Below are positions 13,783 through 24,264 of a stretch of 64,000 bases of DNA, one piece after another. Below the pieces are notes generated by a model. The model saw only the letters and a list, made by a program, of their open reading frames with translations, did not search any database and had not been told where the DNA came from. Both the position numbers and the translations under genes were made by a program. Source of the stretch: an uncultured cyanobacterium (GTDB lineage: Bacteria > Cyanobacteriota > Cyanobacteriia > PCC-6307 > Cyanobiaceae); contig CAVONQ010000018.1 in the NCBI GenBank assembly GCA_963697335.1, positions 64,001 through 128,000 on the forward strand. Reading direction: 5' to 3'. Within the stretch, counting starts at the first letter, position 1. Each line of letters begins with the position of its first letter.

Positions 13783-14669
13783 CTAAGGAGTGCCGGCCAG
13801 GGCGCGTTCCGCCGCGGCCCGCATCGCCTCCACAGGCACCGCCTCGCGGCCGCTCCACAGCCGCAGCGCCGCCGCCCCCTGTTGCACGAGCATCTCCAGC
13901 CCATCCATCCCATGGCAGCCGCGCTCGGCGGCGGCCCGCAGCAGGGCGCTGGGGCGGGGCGTGTAGATCAGGTCGTAGACGCTGCAGCCGGGGCTCAGGC
14001 CTCGAGGGCGGCGGCCTCCAGCGGGCAGGCCAGGGCGGCGGCCGGCTGGCCGGGCGAGGCCATTCCCACCGGCGTGGTGTTCACCACCAGCTGGCTGGCC
14101 GGCAGCAGGGCCGGCAGTTCCTCCCAGCTGCTCACCATGAGCTGGGGCGCCCAGCTGCGGCAGGCCGCCAGGAAGGCCTGCAGCCCCGCGGGACGGCGGC
14201 CCACCACCTGGATTGAGCCGCAGCCGAGCTCCACCAGGCCCGCCACCACGGCCCGGGCGCTGCCGCCGCAGCCCAGCACCAGCGCCGCGCTGCCCTGCCA
14301 GTTGCCGGCCTGCCGCAGCGGCGCCAGGAAGCCCTCCACATCGGTGTTGGTGCCCAGCCAGCCCCCCTGGCTGCGGCGCACCAGGGTGTTCACGGCCCCC
14401 ACCCTGGCCGCCAGGGGGCTGAGTTCGGCGCAGAGCGCGGCCACGGCCTGCTTGTGGGGCAGGGTCACGTTGAGGCCGCGGCAGTCGAGGGCCTCCAGGG
14501 CGCCGACCACGGCGGCCAGGCTGCCGGCCGGGGTGGGCAGGGCCAGGTAGATCCAGTCGAGCCCCAGGGCGGCCAGGGCGGCGTTGTGCATCGCCGGCGA
14601 GAGCGAGTGCCGCACCGGATCCCCCAGCACCCCCACCAGGGCCGTGGACGCGGAGATCGGCGGGGCCAT
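13783..14669 (-). pseudogene. aroE: Shikimate dehydrogenase with 1-bp frameshift (possibly an assembly error)
   Basis: [34 protein letters not shown] then TGA at 13997-13995; the conserved C-terminus ([19 protein letters not shown]) continues in another frame to TAG 13785-13783. Confidence 0.9.
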
Positions 14670-14713
14670 CACGGGCTCGGGCGGCAGGGGCGGCCCCGGA
14701 ACCGTAACCGCCT

Positions 14714-14728
14714 GTTCGGGAACCACAC
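14714..14728 (+). promoter_or_regulatory. K-box-like element upstream of dnaK
   Basis: GTTCGG-GAA-CCACAC resembles the cyanobacterial K-box (GTTCGG-NNAN-CCNNAC) with a one-base shorter spacer. Confidence 0.4.
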
Positions 14729-14798
14729 CTCGCCTGTCACCGTCCCCTCTGATGAGGATGCACGGACGCACATCGAACCACTGCGGAGGTGGACATTC

Positions 14799-16712
14799 AT
14801 GGGAAAGGTTGTTGGTATTGACCTCGGCACCACAAACAGCTGCGTCGCCGTGATGGAGGGCGGCAAGCCCACGGTGATCGCCAATGCGGAGGGCTTCCGC
14901 ACCACCCCTTCGGTGGTGGCGTACACCAAGAACCAGGACCAGCTGGTGGGGCAGATCGCCAAGCGCCAGGCGGTGATGAACCCTGAAAACACCTTCTATT
15001 CGGTGAAGCGCTTCATCGGCCGCCGGGTGGATGAGGTGAATGAAGAGTCGAAGGAAGTGAGCTACGGCGTGGAGAAGGCCGGCTCCAACGTGAAGGTGAA
15101 GTGCCCGGTGCTGAACAAGCAGTTCGCCCCTGAAGAGGTGAGTGCCCAGGTGCTGCGCAAGCTGGCTGAGGACGCCGGCAAGTACCTCGGCGAAACGGTC
15201 ACCCAGGCGGTGATCACCGTGCCCGCCTACTTCAACGACTCCCAGCGCCAGGCCACCAAGGACGCCGGCAAGATCGCTGGCCTGGAAGTGCTGCGGATCA
15301 TCAACGAGCCCACGGCGGCGGCCCTGGCCTATGGCCTCGACAAGAAGAGCAACGAGCGCATCCTGGTGTTCGACCTGGGCGGCGGCACCTTCGACGTGTC
15401 GGTGCTGGAGGTGGGCGACGGCGTGTTCGAGGTGCTCTCCACCAGTGGCGACACCCACCTGGGCGGCGACGACTTCGACAAGGTGATCGTCGATTACCTG
15501 GCCTCCAGCTTCAAGGGCAATGAAGGCATCGACCTGCGGCAGGACAAGCAGGCTCTGCAACGCCTCACCGAAGCGGCCGAGAAGGCCAAGATCGAGCTCT
15601 CCAGCGCCACCCAGAGCGAGATCAACCTGCCGTTCATCACGGCCACTCCCGAGGGGCCCAAGCACCTCGATCTCACCCTCACCCGGGCCAAGTTCGAGGA
15701 GCTGGCCTCCAAGCTGATCGACCGTTGCCGCGTGCCGGTGGAGCAGGCCCTCAAGGACGCCAAGCTCTCCAGCAGCGAGCTGGACGAGGTGGTGATGGTG
15801 GGGGGCTCCACCCGCATCCCTGCCGTGCTCGAGCTGGTCAAGCGCGTCACCGGCAAGGACCCCAACCAGACGGTGAACCCCGATGAGGTGGTGGCCGTGG
15901 GTGCCGCCATCCAGGGCGGCGTGCTTGCCGGTGAGGTGAAGGACATCCTGCTGCTGGATGTCACCCCGCTCTCCCTCGGGGTGGAGACCCTCGGCGGCGT
16001 GATGACCAAGATGATCACCCGCAACACCACCATCCCCACCAAGAAGTCGGAGGTGTACTCCACCGCGGTGGATGGTCAGACCAACGTGGAGATCCACGTG
16101 CTGCAGGGCGAACGCGAGATGGCCAGCGACAACAAGTCGCTCGGCACCTTCCGCCTCGACGGCATTCCCCCCGCCCCCCGCGGCGTGCCCCAGATCGAGG
16201 TCACCTTCGACATCGACGCCAACGGAATCCTCAGCGTGACCGCCAAGGACAAGGGCAGCGGCAAGGAGCAGAGCATCTCGATCACCGGCGCCTCCACCCT
16301 CAGCGACAACGAGGTGGACAAGATGGTGAAGGATGCGGAATCCAATGCCGCCGCCGACAAGGAGAAGCGCGAGCGCATCGACCTCAAGAACCAGGCCGAA
16401 ACCCTGGTGTATCAGGCCGAGAAGCAGCTCGGCGAGCTCGGCGACAAGGTGGGAGCCGAGGACAAGAGCAAGGTGGAGGCCTCCTCCGCCAAGCTCAAGG
16501 AGGCCCTGGAGAAGGAAGACTTCGACACGATCAAGTCTGAGCTCGAGGTTCTGCAGCAGGCCCTCTATGCGGCCGGTGCCGCTGTATACCAACAGGCAGC
16601 AGGTGCTGAGGCGGCTGCGGCTGGCGCCAATGGCAACGGCACATCTGCCGACGCCGGTGCCGGCGCCTCCAGCGACGACGTGATCGACGCCGAGTTCACC
16701 GAGAGCAAGTGA
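14799..16712 (+). CDS. dnaK: Molecular chaperone DnaK (DnaK2-type)
   Basis: [18 protein letters not shown]-terminal [17 protein letters not shown]. Confidence 0.99.
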   Translation: MGKVVGIDLGTTNSCVAVMEGGKPTVIANAEGFRTTPSVVAYTKNQDQLVGQIAKRQAVMNPENTFYSVKRFIGRRVDEVNEESKEVSYGVEKAGSNVKVKCPVLNKQFAPEEVSAQVLRKLAEDAGKYLGETVTQAVITVPAYFNDSQRQATKDAGKIAGLEVLRIINEPTAAALAYGLDKKSNERILVFDLGGGTFDVSVLEVGDGVFEVLSTSGDTHLGGDDFDKVIVDYLASSFKGNEGIDLRQDKQALQRLTEAAEKAKIELSSATQSEINLPFITATPEGPKHLDLTLTRAKFEELASKLIDRCRVPVEQALKDAKLSSSELDEVVMVGGSTRIPAVLELVKRVTGKDPNQTVNPDEVVAVGAAIQGGVLAGEVKDILLLDVTPLSLGVETLGGVMTKMITRNTTIPTKKSEVYSTAVDGQTNVEIHVLQGEREMASDNKSLGTFRLDGIPPAPRGVPQIEVTFDIDANGILSVTAKDKGSGKEQSISITGASTLSDNEVDKMVKDAESNAAADKEKRERIDLKNQAETLVYQAEKQLGELGDKVGAEDKSKVEASSAKLKEALEKEDFDTIKSELEVLQQALYAAGAAVYQQAAGAEAAAAGANGNGTSADAGAGASSDDVIDAEFTESK

Positions 16713-16765
16713 TCGGGCCGGGGAGGTCGTCCCTCCCCGAGTCCTTCTCCCTCAACTCCCGATGC

Positions 16766-16794
16766 AAAAAACTCCCCCAACTGGGGGAGTTTTG
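16766..16794. terminator. Bidirectional intrinsic terminator between dnaK and pstS
   Basis: AAAAAACTCCCCC-AACT-GGGGGAGTTTT hairpin with A/T tracts on both sides. Confidence 0.85.
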
Positions 16795-16856
16795 TTGTGA
16801 GCGCCATGGTGTGAGAGAACACCAGGCTCACCCGCAGGTTCGCCTGGTCGAGGGGC

Positions 16857-17867
16857 TCACTTCGAGATCATGGCCACGACCGCCTTGGCCTTCTCCACCA
16901 CCGAGGGGGGCAGGGTCACGTAGCCCAGTTCGGGGGCCAGGGCCTGGGCCGGCTCGGAGAGCATGGTGTTGAACACCTTCTGCAGCAGCGGGGTTTTATC
17001 GCCGTTGCCGCTCTTGTAGGCCAGGATCCAGGTGAAGGTGACGATCGGGTAACCCTTGGCTGGGTTGGGGTTGCTGCCGGTGAGATCCTCACCCAGATCG
17101 ATCGAGGCGAGGGCTTCGCTCTCGGTGGCATTGGTGGGCATCACAATCTCGCCGGAGCCGTTTTCCAGGGCTGCCGACTGCAGGGGATCCTTGACGAAGG
17201 CCACTTCCACATAGCCGATGCCCCCTTCGAGCTGGGTGAGCTGGGCGGCCACGCCCTCATTGCCCTTGGCACCCACGCCGGTGGGCCAGTTCACGGCCTT
17301 GTCGGCGCCGGGACCAGCCTTCCATTCCGGGCTCACGGCGGCCAGGTGGTTGGTGAAGTTGAACGTGGTGCCCGAGCCGTCGGAGCGGTGCACGATCGTG
17401 ATCGTCTTGTCGTCGCAACCCAGTTCGCTGTAGTTGGTGATCTTGCCGAGGAAGATGTCAGCGAGCTGCTTCTGGGTGAGCTTGAGCTCGCAGCCGGGAT
17501 TGTTGTAGGCCACGGCGATGGCTCCGGCTGTCATCGGGATCTGGAGCACGCCGCGGGGCATCTTGGCGATCTCCTCCTCATCCATCGGCTTGTCGGAGGC
17601 GCCGAAATCCACGGTTTCAGCCAGGAACTGGCGTACGCCGGCCCCGGAACCCACCGACTGGTAGTTGACGTTGATGCCATCGGCGCTCATGTCCTTGAAC
17701 CAGCGCTGGTAGATGGCTGAAGGGAAGGAGGCTCCGGCTCCGTTGAGGGTGCCGGTGACGCTGCCTTCACCTCCGCCGCCACCACCACAGGCAGCGACCG
17801 AGAGGGTGAGGCCCGAGAGGGCAAGGGCGGCGGTGGAGCGGCGCAACAGGCCGGGAAGCATCGTCAT
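16857..17867 (-). CDS. pstS: Phosphate ABC transporter substrate-binding lipoprotein
   Basis: Lipobox VAAC, GAGASFP, NYQSVGSGAG, DFGASD, HRSDGSGTT, YPIVTFTW. Confidence 0.96.
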   Translation of the reverse strand: MTMLPGLLRRSTAALALSGLTLSVAACGGGGGGEGSVTGTLNGAGASFPSAIYQRWFKDMSADGINVNYQSVGSGAGVRQFLAETVDFGASDKPMDEEEIAKMPRGVLQIPMTAGAIAVAYNNPGCELKLTQKQLADIFLGKITNYSELGCDDKTITIVHRSDGSGTTFNFTNHLAAVSPEWKAGPGADKAVNWPTGVGAKGNEGVAAQLTQLEGGIGYVEVAFVKDPLQSAALENGSGEIVMPTNATESEALASIDLGEDLTGSNPNPAKGYPIVTFTWILAYKSGNGDKTPLLQKVFNTMLSEPAQALAPELGYVTLPPSVVEKAKAVVAMISK

Positions 17868-17935
17868 GACTGCGGTGGCGGTGAAGAGAGGGAACGACGT
17901 CACCGTTTTGACCGTACGCAAGCTGGGGCCCGCTG

Positions 17936-17954
17936 GCGTTAACACCGTCTTAAG
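17936..17954 (-). promoter_or_regulatory. Pho-box-like direct repeat upstream of pstS
   Basis: Minus strand CTTAAGAC-GGT-GTTAACGC: two TTAA cores with an 11-bp period, as in cyanobacterial SphR/PhoB boxes. Confidence 0.45.
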
Positions 17955-19053
17955 GGCAGGGCGCTCGTGACTCGATTCCCTCCAGCACCCAGGCGGCCGA
18001 GGCCGGGGCCAGCAGCACTCCGTTGCGGTAGTGGCCGCTCACCAGCCACAGGCCCGGTTCCAGCTGCTCGTGCAGGGGGGCTGGCCGGCCCACGGGCCTG
18101 GCCCGGCAGCCCTGCCACGCCTCCACCACGGTGGCCTGCTGCAGCCAGTCGAGGCCGGCGTCGCCCCAGTGGCGCAGTCTCGCCAGCTGGCCGGGGTCGG
18201 CCCGGCTGCCCGCCTCCAGGCTGGCGCCCAGCCAGAACGTCCCTTCAGCCCCCAGGTCGGGCCGGGGCACCAGGTTGAGGCCGCGCCACACCGCCACCCC
18301 GGGCCAGGTCCAGGGGCACGGGGTGGAGTGCCGCAGGCTGACGGCCTGGCCGAGCACCGGCTCCATCGCGGCGCTGAATCCCAGCGGCTGCAGCAGAGCC
18401 GGGCTGGCCAGCCCGGCCGCCAGCACCACGTGGGCCAGCCCAGCCACCACCTCGCCGTCCTCCAGCAGCAGCCGCCAGCGCCCCGGACCGTCGCGCTCAA
18501 TGGCGTCCACCCTCTGCCCCGCGGTTGCCAGGCCGCTGTCCCGGCCATCGGCGAGCAGGGCGGCCATGGCCGCGGCGGGATCGATCTGGCCATCCTGGGG
18601 GGAGTGGAGCGCCCCGATGGCCGCGGGCGGCAGGGCCGGCTGCAGCGTGGCCAGCCGGGCGCGATCCCACAGCTCCAGCGCCAGGCCCAGCTGCCGCCGC
18701 TCGGCCACCAGCGCCTGCTGCCGCTGCCATTCCTCGGGCTCGGCCGCCAGCCACAGCAGCCCCTGCCGCCGGGGCAGCCGGTGGCCCCGCTCCGCCAGCT
18801 CCTGCAGCCAGCTGTGCCAGAGGGCCAGGCTCTGCTGACGCAGCTGCCAGGCGCGGCCCCGGCTGCGGTGGAACACCTGCGCCATCAGCACCCCGAGGGC
18901 CGCGCCGCTGCCACTGCGCTGGCTGGGGCCGACTGGGGTGATCCCCTGGTCGGGGCCGGGGGGACCAAGCGACGGGTCGATCAGCAGCACCCGGTGGCCC
19001 CTGCGCTGCAGCAGCCAGGAGCAGCACAGGCCCACGACGCCTGCCCCCACCAC
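17950..19053 (-). CDS. FAD-dependent oxidoreductase (glycine/D-amino acid oxidase family)
   Basis: GAGVVG Rossmann motif, DGQIDP, GHYRNGVLLAP; start uncertain. Confidence 0.88.
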   Translation of the reverse strand: MVGAGVVGLCCSWLLQRRGHRVLLIDPSLGPPGPDQGITPVGPSQRSGSGAALGVLMAQVFHRSRGRAWQLRQQSLALWHSWLQELAERGHRLPRRQGLLWLAAEPEEWQRQQALVAERRQLGLALELWDRARLATLQPALPPAAIGALHSPQDGQIDPAAAMAALLADGRDSGLATAGQRVDAIERDGPGRWRLLLEDGEVVAGLAHVVLAAGLASPALLQPLGFSAAMEPVLGQAVSLRHSTPCPWTWPGVAVWRGLNLVPRPDLGAEGTFWLGASLEAGSRADPGQLARLRHWGDAGLDWLQQATVVEAWQGCRARPVGRPAPLHEQLEPGLWLVSGHYRNGVLLAPASAAWVLEGIESRAPCP

Positions 19054-19070
19054 CGCAACGGACGGCGTCT

Positions 19071-19565
19071 TCAGGTCTGCTTGAGGTCGGCCTGCACCTG
19101 CTCGGGGAGGATCTGGGCGTAGCGGCCGAAGCCGCTGGCCACCTTGATGTAGGACTTGCGCAGCTGTTCGCCGTCCTGGAGCCGGGCGGCCTCATCGAGC
19201 TGGGCCATGGCCAGCTTGAGCTGGGAGGCCAGCTTGTCGGCCTCGGGCCGATCCGCCGGCAGCAGGCGCTGGTTGATGTAGCTCATCTGGCGCCCCACCT
19301 CCTGCATGGGTCCGCGCAGCAGGTTCCGGGTGAAGGTCCAGTCGCGATCCCCCACCAACGTGGCCAGTTCGGGCAGGCGATCCCGGGCCGCCAGGAAGCC
19401 CTCGGCCTGGCGCTCGATCGCGGCGATGTCCTCGGCGCTGAGGCTGGGGGGCTTGGCCTGGCTGCCGCTGCAGGCGCTGAGACCGAAGCTGAGCACTCCC
19501 ACCAGGACCACCAGGGCCAGACGCTTCAGCACGGCACGAAGCGAGGAGACCATCTGGGCGGCCAT
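19071..19565 (-). CDS. psbQ: Photosystem II extrinsic lipoprotein CyanoQ
   Basis: Lipobox LSAC, RLPELA.LV...DWTFTRNLLRGPM four-helix bundle. Confidence 0.88.
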   Translation of the reverse strand: MAAQMVSSLRAVLKRLALVVLVGVLSFGLSACSGSQAKPPSLSAEDIAAIERQAEGFLAARDRLPELATLVGDRDWTFTRNLLRGPMQEVGRQMSYINQRLLPADRPEADKLASQLKLAMAQLDEAARLQDGEQLRKSYIKVASGFGRYAQILPEQVQADLKQT

Positions 19566-19680
19566 GGGCGAGCTGTTCAGGCAGGAACGACTGTACGTGC
19601 GTCCCCCTACGCGGCCCATCACCGCTGTGGATCCGGCTTGGTCTGGCGTCACAATGTCCCCTGTGCTGGGCCCAGGGCCG

Positions 19681-20556
19681 ATGAGCGTGCCGAGCGCGAT
19701 CCTGCAGCTGATCTGCCCCGACCGGCCAGGGCTGGTGAGCGAACTCTCCGGCTGGGTGGCGGCCAATGGCGGCAATATTCGCCATGCTGATCACCACACC
19801 GACCTCGGAGCTGGCCTGTTTCTGAGCCGGATCGAGTGGGCCCTGGAGGGTTTCGGCCTGCCGCGGCAGAGCATCGCCCCGGCGGTATCAGCCCTGGCCC
19901 GGCGACTCGACGGCGAGGGTCTGCTGCATTTCTCCGATGCCATCCCCCGGGCGGCCATCTTCGTGAGCCGCCAGGAGCATTGCCTGGTGGACCTGCTCTG
20001 GCGGGTGCGGGCCGGCGAGCTGGCCATGCAGGTGCCCCTGGTGGTGTCCAACCATCCGGATCTGCGGGAGCTGGCCGAGGGCTTCGGGGCGACCTATGTG
20101 CAGGTGCCGGTGACCGCCGCCGACAAGGGAGCCGCCGAAGCGGCCCAGCTGGAGCTGCTGCGCCAGCACGGCATCGAGCTGGTGGTGCTGGCCAAGTACA
20201 TGCAGGTGCTCAGCCCCGGCTTCCTGGAGAGCTTCCGCCGGCAGCCCGGCAGTCTCGCCCAGGTGATCAACATCCACCACTCCTTTCTGCCCGCCTTCCA
20301 GGGGGCCCAGCCCTACCAGCGGGCCTGGCAGCGGGGGGTGAAGCTGATCGGCGCCACGGCCCACTACGTGACTGAGGAGTTGGACGGCGGTCCGATCATC
20401 GAGCAGGCCACCGTGCACGTGAGCCACCGCGATGAGGTGGAGGATCTGATCCGCAAGGGGCGGGATACGGAGCGCCTCGCCCTGGCCAGGGCCGTGCGTC
20501 TGCATCTGCGCCGCCAGGTGATGGTCTACCGGGGCAGAACGGCGGTGTTCGACTGA
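19681..20556 (+). CDS. purU: Formyltetrahydrofolate deformylase
   Basis: ACT domain CPDRPGLV, LAKYMQVL, INIHHSFLPAF.G, GATAHYVT..LD.GPII. Confidence 0.96.
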   Translation: MSVPSAILQLICPDRPGLVSELSGWVAANGGNIRHADHHTDLGAGLFLSRIEWALEGFGLPRQSIAPAVSALARRLDGEGLLHFSDAIPRAAIFVSRQEHCLVDLLWRVRAGELAMQVPLVVSNHPDLRELAEGFGATYVQVPVTAADKGAAEAAQLELLRQHGIELVVLAKYMQVLSPGFLESFRRQPGSLAQVINIHHSFLPAFQGAQPYQRAWQRGVKLIGATAHYVTEELDGGPIIEQATVHVSHRDEVEDLIRKGRDTERLALARAVRLHLRRQVMVYRGRTAVFD

Positions 20557-22145
20557 GCCGGCGCGGGCTGGGACAGGCTGCGGCGCCCATGCTCCGCCAG
20601 CACCGCCTCGCTCAGGGGGCCATCCAGGTGCGCCCAGGGCAGCACCCGCCCTGGCTCCCAGGTGGCGTGGACCACTGCGTCCCAGGCGGGTGGCAGGGGC
20701 AGGCCGGCGGGCCGCTGCACCGTTTCTGCCAGCACGGCCCGGTAGGCCCGCTTCCAGCCCCCGAGGCTCTCGTGGCTGCCCCGGGCCGCCGCGATCACCG
20801 GCGCCAGGCGACGGTCGCTGCGGGAGAGCAGGGCCTGGATCACACTCCAGCCATAGCTCTCGGGGCGCAGCTCCACGCCCTTGGGCCGCAGCCGCTTGGC
20901 CAGCAGCTTCAGGTGCCGTTCGGCCTCAGGCCGCACCCCCTGCCATTGGAAGGGGGTGTGGGCCTTGGGCACGAAGGTGCTCACCCCGAGGCTGAGCCGC
21001 AGGCCGGGGGTGGCCTTCTTGAGCTGGAGCAGCAGATCGGCGGTGGCCTCGATGTCGGCTTCCGTTTCCGTGGGCAGACCTGCCATGCCGTAGAGCTTCA
21101 GGCCGCTGAGACCTCCCTCGCGGGCATAGCGGGCCGCGGCGAAGATCTCCTCAGTGGCGAGTTTCTTGTTCACCAGCTCCCGCATGCGTTCGCTGCCGCT
21201 CTCGATCGCGATCGTGAGCGATTTGCTGCCCCGTTTGGCCAGGATCCGGCCCAGTTGCGGGGTCACCGTGGCGGCCCGCACCGAACTCACGCTGACGCGG
21301 CTGCCCTCGAAGCGATCGCCATCCAGCCAGTGCAGCAGCTCGGAGAACTGGGGGTGCTGGGTCACCGACGCCCCGAGCAGGCCGAGCCGCTGGGTCACGG
21401 CCAGGCCCGCCTCCACCGCCGGGATCAGGCCGTCGTCGAGGGAGGGGGTGCGGAAGGGAAGGGTGAGATAGCTCGCCAGGCAGAAACGGCACAGCTCCGG
21501 GCAGCTGCGCACCACCTCCACCATGTGGATCGAGGGCCAGGCCGCCTCGGGGGTGACCACCATCGAGTGGCTCAGGGTGTTCCCCTGCCAGGTCTGTTTG
21601 GCCACGCGCTCAGGCAGGCCCGGCGCCAGCGGCCTCACCCGCAGCAACGTGCCATCTGGGGCGTAATCCGGCTGGTAGAGCGACGGCACATAGATCCCGG
21701 GTACCTGGGCCAGCCGGGCCAGCCGTTCGGCCCTGGGGGCCTGGCGGCAGGCCTGCACGGCCTCGATGAACGCCGGCAGCAGCAGTTCGCCGTCGCCCAG
21801 CAGCACGGCATCGAAGAATGGTGCCAGGGGCTCCGGGTTGGCCGTGAGCACCGGCCCGCCGCCGAACACGATCGGATCGGTGTCGCTCCGCTCGCTGGTC
21901 CAGATCGGAATCCGCTCCTGCTGCAGCAGATCCAGCAACACCGGTCCGTCCAGCTCCCAGCTGAGTGACAGGCCGAACAGGTCAAGATCCGGCCCGCGGC
22001 CGCGGCTGCGGCCATGGGGCGGATCACCCTGGTCGGTGAACAGGCGGCGCACGTCCACGTCGGAGCGGCGGGCCAGGCTGGCCCACACCACCTGATACCC
22101 CAGGCTGGTGATCCCCACGCTGTAGCTGCTGGGGAAGGCCAGCAC
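20526..22145 (-). CDS. Radical SAM protein (B12-binding-like N-terminus)
   Basis: CPELCRFC (CxxxCxxC), FVPKAHTPFQW; frame stays open about 80 nt upstream, so start is uncertain. Confidence 0.88.
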   Translation of the reverse strand: MLAFPSSYSVGITSLGYQVVWASLARRSDVDVRRLFTDQGDPPHGRSRGRGPDLDLFGLSLSWELDGPVLLDLLQQERIPIWTSERSDTDPIVFGGGPVLTANPEPLAPFFDAVLLGDGELLLPAFIEAVQACRQAPRAERLARLAQVPGIYVPSLYQPDYAPDGTLLRVRPLAPGLPERVAKQTWQGNTLSHSMVVTPEAAWPSIHMVEVVRSCPELCRFCLASYLTLPFRTPSLDDGLIPAVEAGLAVTQRLGLLGASVTQHPQFSELLHWLDGDRFEGSRVSVSSVRAATVTPQLGRILAKRGSKSLTIAIESGSERMRELVNKKLATEEIFAAARYAREGGLSGLKLYGMAGLPTETEADIEATADLLLQLKKATPGLRLSLGVSTFVPKAHTPFQWQGVRPEAERHLKLLAKRLRPKGVELRPESYGWSVIQALLSRSDRRLAPVIAAARGSHESLGGWKRAYRAVLAETVQRPAGLPLPPAWDAVVHATWEPGRVLPWAHLDGPLSEAVLAEHGRRSLSQPAPAQSNTAVLPR

Positions 22146-22272
22146 GGCTCGCAGGGCCCCCGCCTCGGGCTGGGCCGGTTCAAACAGCAGGGTTTCCTGG
22201 TGCAGGGGAGAGACAGACCTTGGGTCTCCCTAGCGTCTCACCCTGAGCAGGGGGGGCGTGGCCCCGCCTGCC

Positions 22273-22695
22273 TCACTTGCCCATCAAGGCCGAGAGGGGA
22301 CCCATCAGCCCGGAGATGGCGGAGGCGGTTTCGCCCTCGGTCGGGTTGCCCTTGTCCACCGTGCTGATCAGCAGCTGGGCACCCTGATCGATCATGGGCC
22401 ACTTGTCCCCGGCCAGGGGCTGGATCACCGGGGCGGCCTTCTGCCACAGGGCCGGGAAACCGCCCAGGGTGGCCAGGGCCGTCTGCAGGTTGCCGCTGTT
22501 GAGCTGGGTGCTGCCCTTGCCGAGCAGATCCAGCACCGGGGTCACCGCCGGTGCCAGGGCGGCCTGTCCGGTGGCGGTGGCGGCGTCCTTGACGGCGTCC
22601 GGCATGGTCTGGCTCACCTGCTGGCAACCGCTCAGCAGCAGGCCCCCGGCCAGGACGGCGGCGGCGAGTCTCGGCAGGGCTGAGGGGAGGGACAT
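22273..22695 (-). CDS. Hypothetical helical lipoprotein
   Basis: Signal peptide with lipobox LSGC. Confidence 0.7.
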   Translation of the reverse strand: MSLPSALPRLAAAVLAGGLLLSGCQQVSQTMPDAVKDAATATGQAALAPAVTPVLDLLGKGSTQLNSGNLQTALATLGGFPALWQKAAPVIQPLAGDKWPMIDQGAQLLISTVDKGNPTEGETASAISGLMGPLSALMGK

Positions 22696-22750
22696 CCGGA
22701 GATCGCAAAGTTCCCCATGAACGTATTGGCGGCGGAACGACCTGGTCAGC

Positions 22751-24250
22751 TCAATCCGGCTTCGGTTGCACGTCGTGATCTGCCTTGGCCCTCGGCAGGG
22801 GGCGTGGGCGCAGGGGCACGGTGTTGAGTCGCAGGGCCTCGGGGCCGGCACGCCTGTCGCCAGCGCTGGGTGGCACCGGCACCATCAGCCGCTTGAACAG
22901 CGACTGGGGGTGCAGCAGCTGCGCCATCACCAGGCTGCCCAGGCAGGCGATCAGCACCGGCCGCAGGATCAGCAGATTCTTGGTCACAGCGAAGGTGAGA
23001 AAGGTGGCGCTGATCGGCGCCCGCGCGCAGGCGGCCATGAAAGCCCCCATGCCGGCGAACACAGCGGTGCTGGGGGCATCCGGGCCCAGCTGTTCCACCA
23101 GCGCCGCCCCCGCCAGCCCCAGGGCTCCTCCCAGGGTGAGCATCGGCGCGAACAGGCCGCCGGGGGTGCCGGCGGCGGCGGCGATGCCGGTGGTGAGGAA
23201 CACCACCAGAAAGATGGCCAGGGCCTTGGTGAGATCCACGTTGCCTTCGGCGATCGCCTGGCGGATCCCGGCCCGGTTGATGAAGTCGGCTGGCAGCCAG
23301 GCATCGGCCAGCCCGAGGAGGCAGCCGGTGACGCCCATGGCGGCTGGCAGGGGGACCTGCCAGCGCAGTCTCAGCCGGTGCAGCCCCACCACATAGCGGC
23401 AGTAGAGCTCCGCCGCCAGCGCCACCACCGCCCCCAGGGCGAACAGCCACAGCAGGTCGATCGGACGCACCACCACGAAGGTGTCCACCTGGCGGGAGAG
23501 CTGGAAGATCGCGGTGGATGGGCTGGAGGTGGAATCCGGATCGAGGTTCACCAGCCGGGCCAGGCCGAGCAGGTCGGCCCAGGTGTCGGCCCAGAACGTG
23601 GTGACCAGCACCAGCAGCATCACCACGGGTCTGGCGCCCTGCAGCAGTTCCTCGATGGCATAGAGAAAGCCCCCGATCGGAGCCCGGAACACCGCCGCCA
23701 CCCCGGCGCCACCGCCGGCGGCCACGATCATGCGCCGGAAGGCGTTGGGGGCCCGCAGCAGCCGGGCCATCTCCCAGCCCACCGAACTCCCCATCTGCAC
23801 CGAGGGGCCCGAGGGGCCGAGGGGAAAGCCGCAGCCGATCGCCACGATCCCCGCCACCAGCTTCACCGCCGCCACCTGGAACCCCATCGGCACCGACTGG
23901 CGGCGCAGGAATTGCATCACCTGGGGGATGCCCGAGCCCTGGGCCGCCGGGGCCAGGGTCTGCACGAGCAGTCCGGCCAGCAGGCCCCCACCGCCGCCGA
24001 TGGCGGGCAGCACCACCCAGTTCGGCCCCAGCTCCTGCATCTGGATGCGCCAGCGCCCCAGGCTTTCCAGGCCGCTGCGGAACAGCACCGCCGCCGTGGT
24101 GGCGCCCAGACCGGTGATGACCAAGGCCAGCACCACCACGAACCAGCGGTGCTGCAGCAGCCGCAGGATCGAGGCGCTGGACATCGGTTTCAGCTGCGGC
24201 AGGCCCTGGGCCCTTGACGGACTCGGTCTGCGCCAGAGGCGACCCAGCAT
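22751..24250 (-). CDS. ClC family chloride/proton antiporter
   Basis: GSGIP, GPSGP (GREGP-equivalent), GGLFAP signatures; alternative start 24184. Confidence 0.9.
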   Translation of the reverse strand: MLGRLWRRPSPSRAQGLPQLKPMSSASILRLLQHRWFVVVLALVITGLGATTAAVLFRSGLESLGRWRIQMQELGPNWVVLPAIGGGGGLLAGLLVQTLAPAAQGSGIPQVMQFLRRQSVPMGFQVAAVKLVAGIVAIGCGFPLGPSGPSVQMGSSVGWEMARLLRAPNAFRRMIVAAGGGAGVAAVFRAPIGGFLYAIEELLQGARPVVMLLVLVTTFWADTWADLLGLARLVNLDPDSTSSPSTAIFQLSRQVDTFVVVRPIDLLWLFALGAVVALAAELYCRYVVGLHRLRLRWQVPLPAAMGVTGCLLGLADAWLPADFINRAGIRQAIAEGNVDLTKALAIFLVVFLTTGIAAAAGTPGGLFAPMLTLGGALGLAGAALVEQLGPDAPSTAVFAGMGAFMAACARAPISATFLTFAVTKNLLILRPVLIACLGSLVMAQLLHPQSLFKRLMVPVPPSAGDRRAGPEALRLNTVPLRPRPLPRAKADHDVQPKPD

Positions 24251-24264
24251 CGGGTCGCCCTCCC

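Noticed and set aside
13995..16592. Apparent 865-aa protein ending in an AroE domain
   Set aside because: The first about 640 aa are the antisense of dnaK; aroE starts at 14669.
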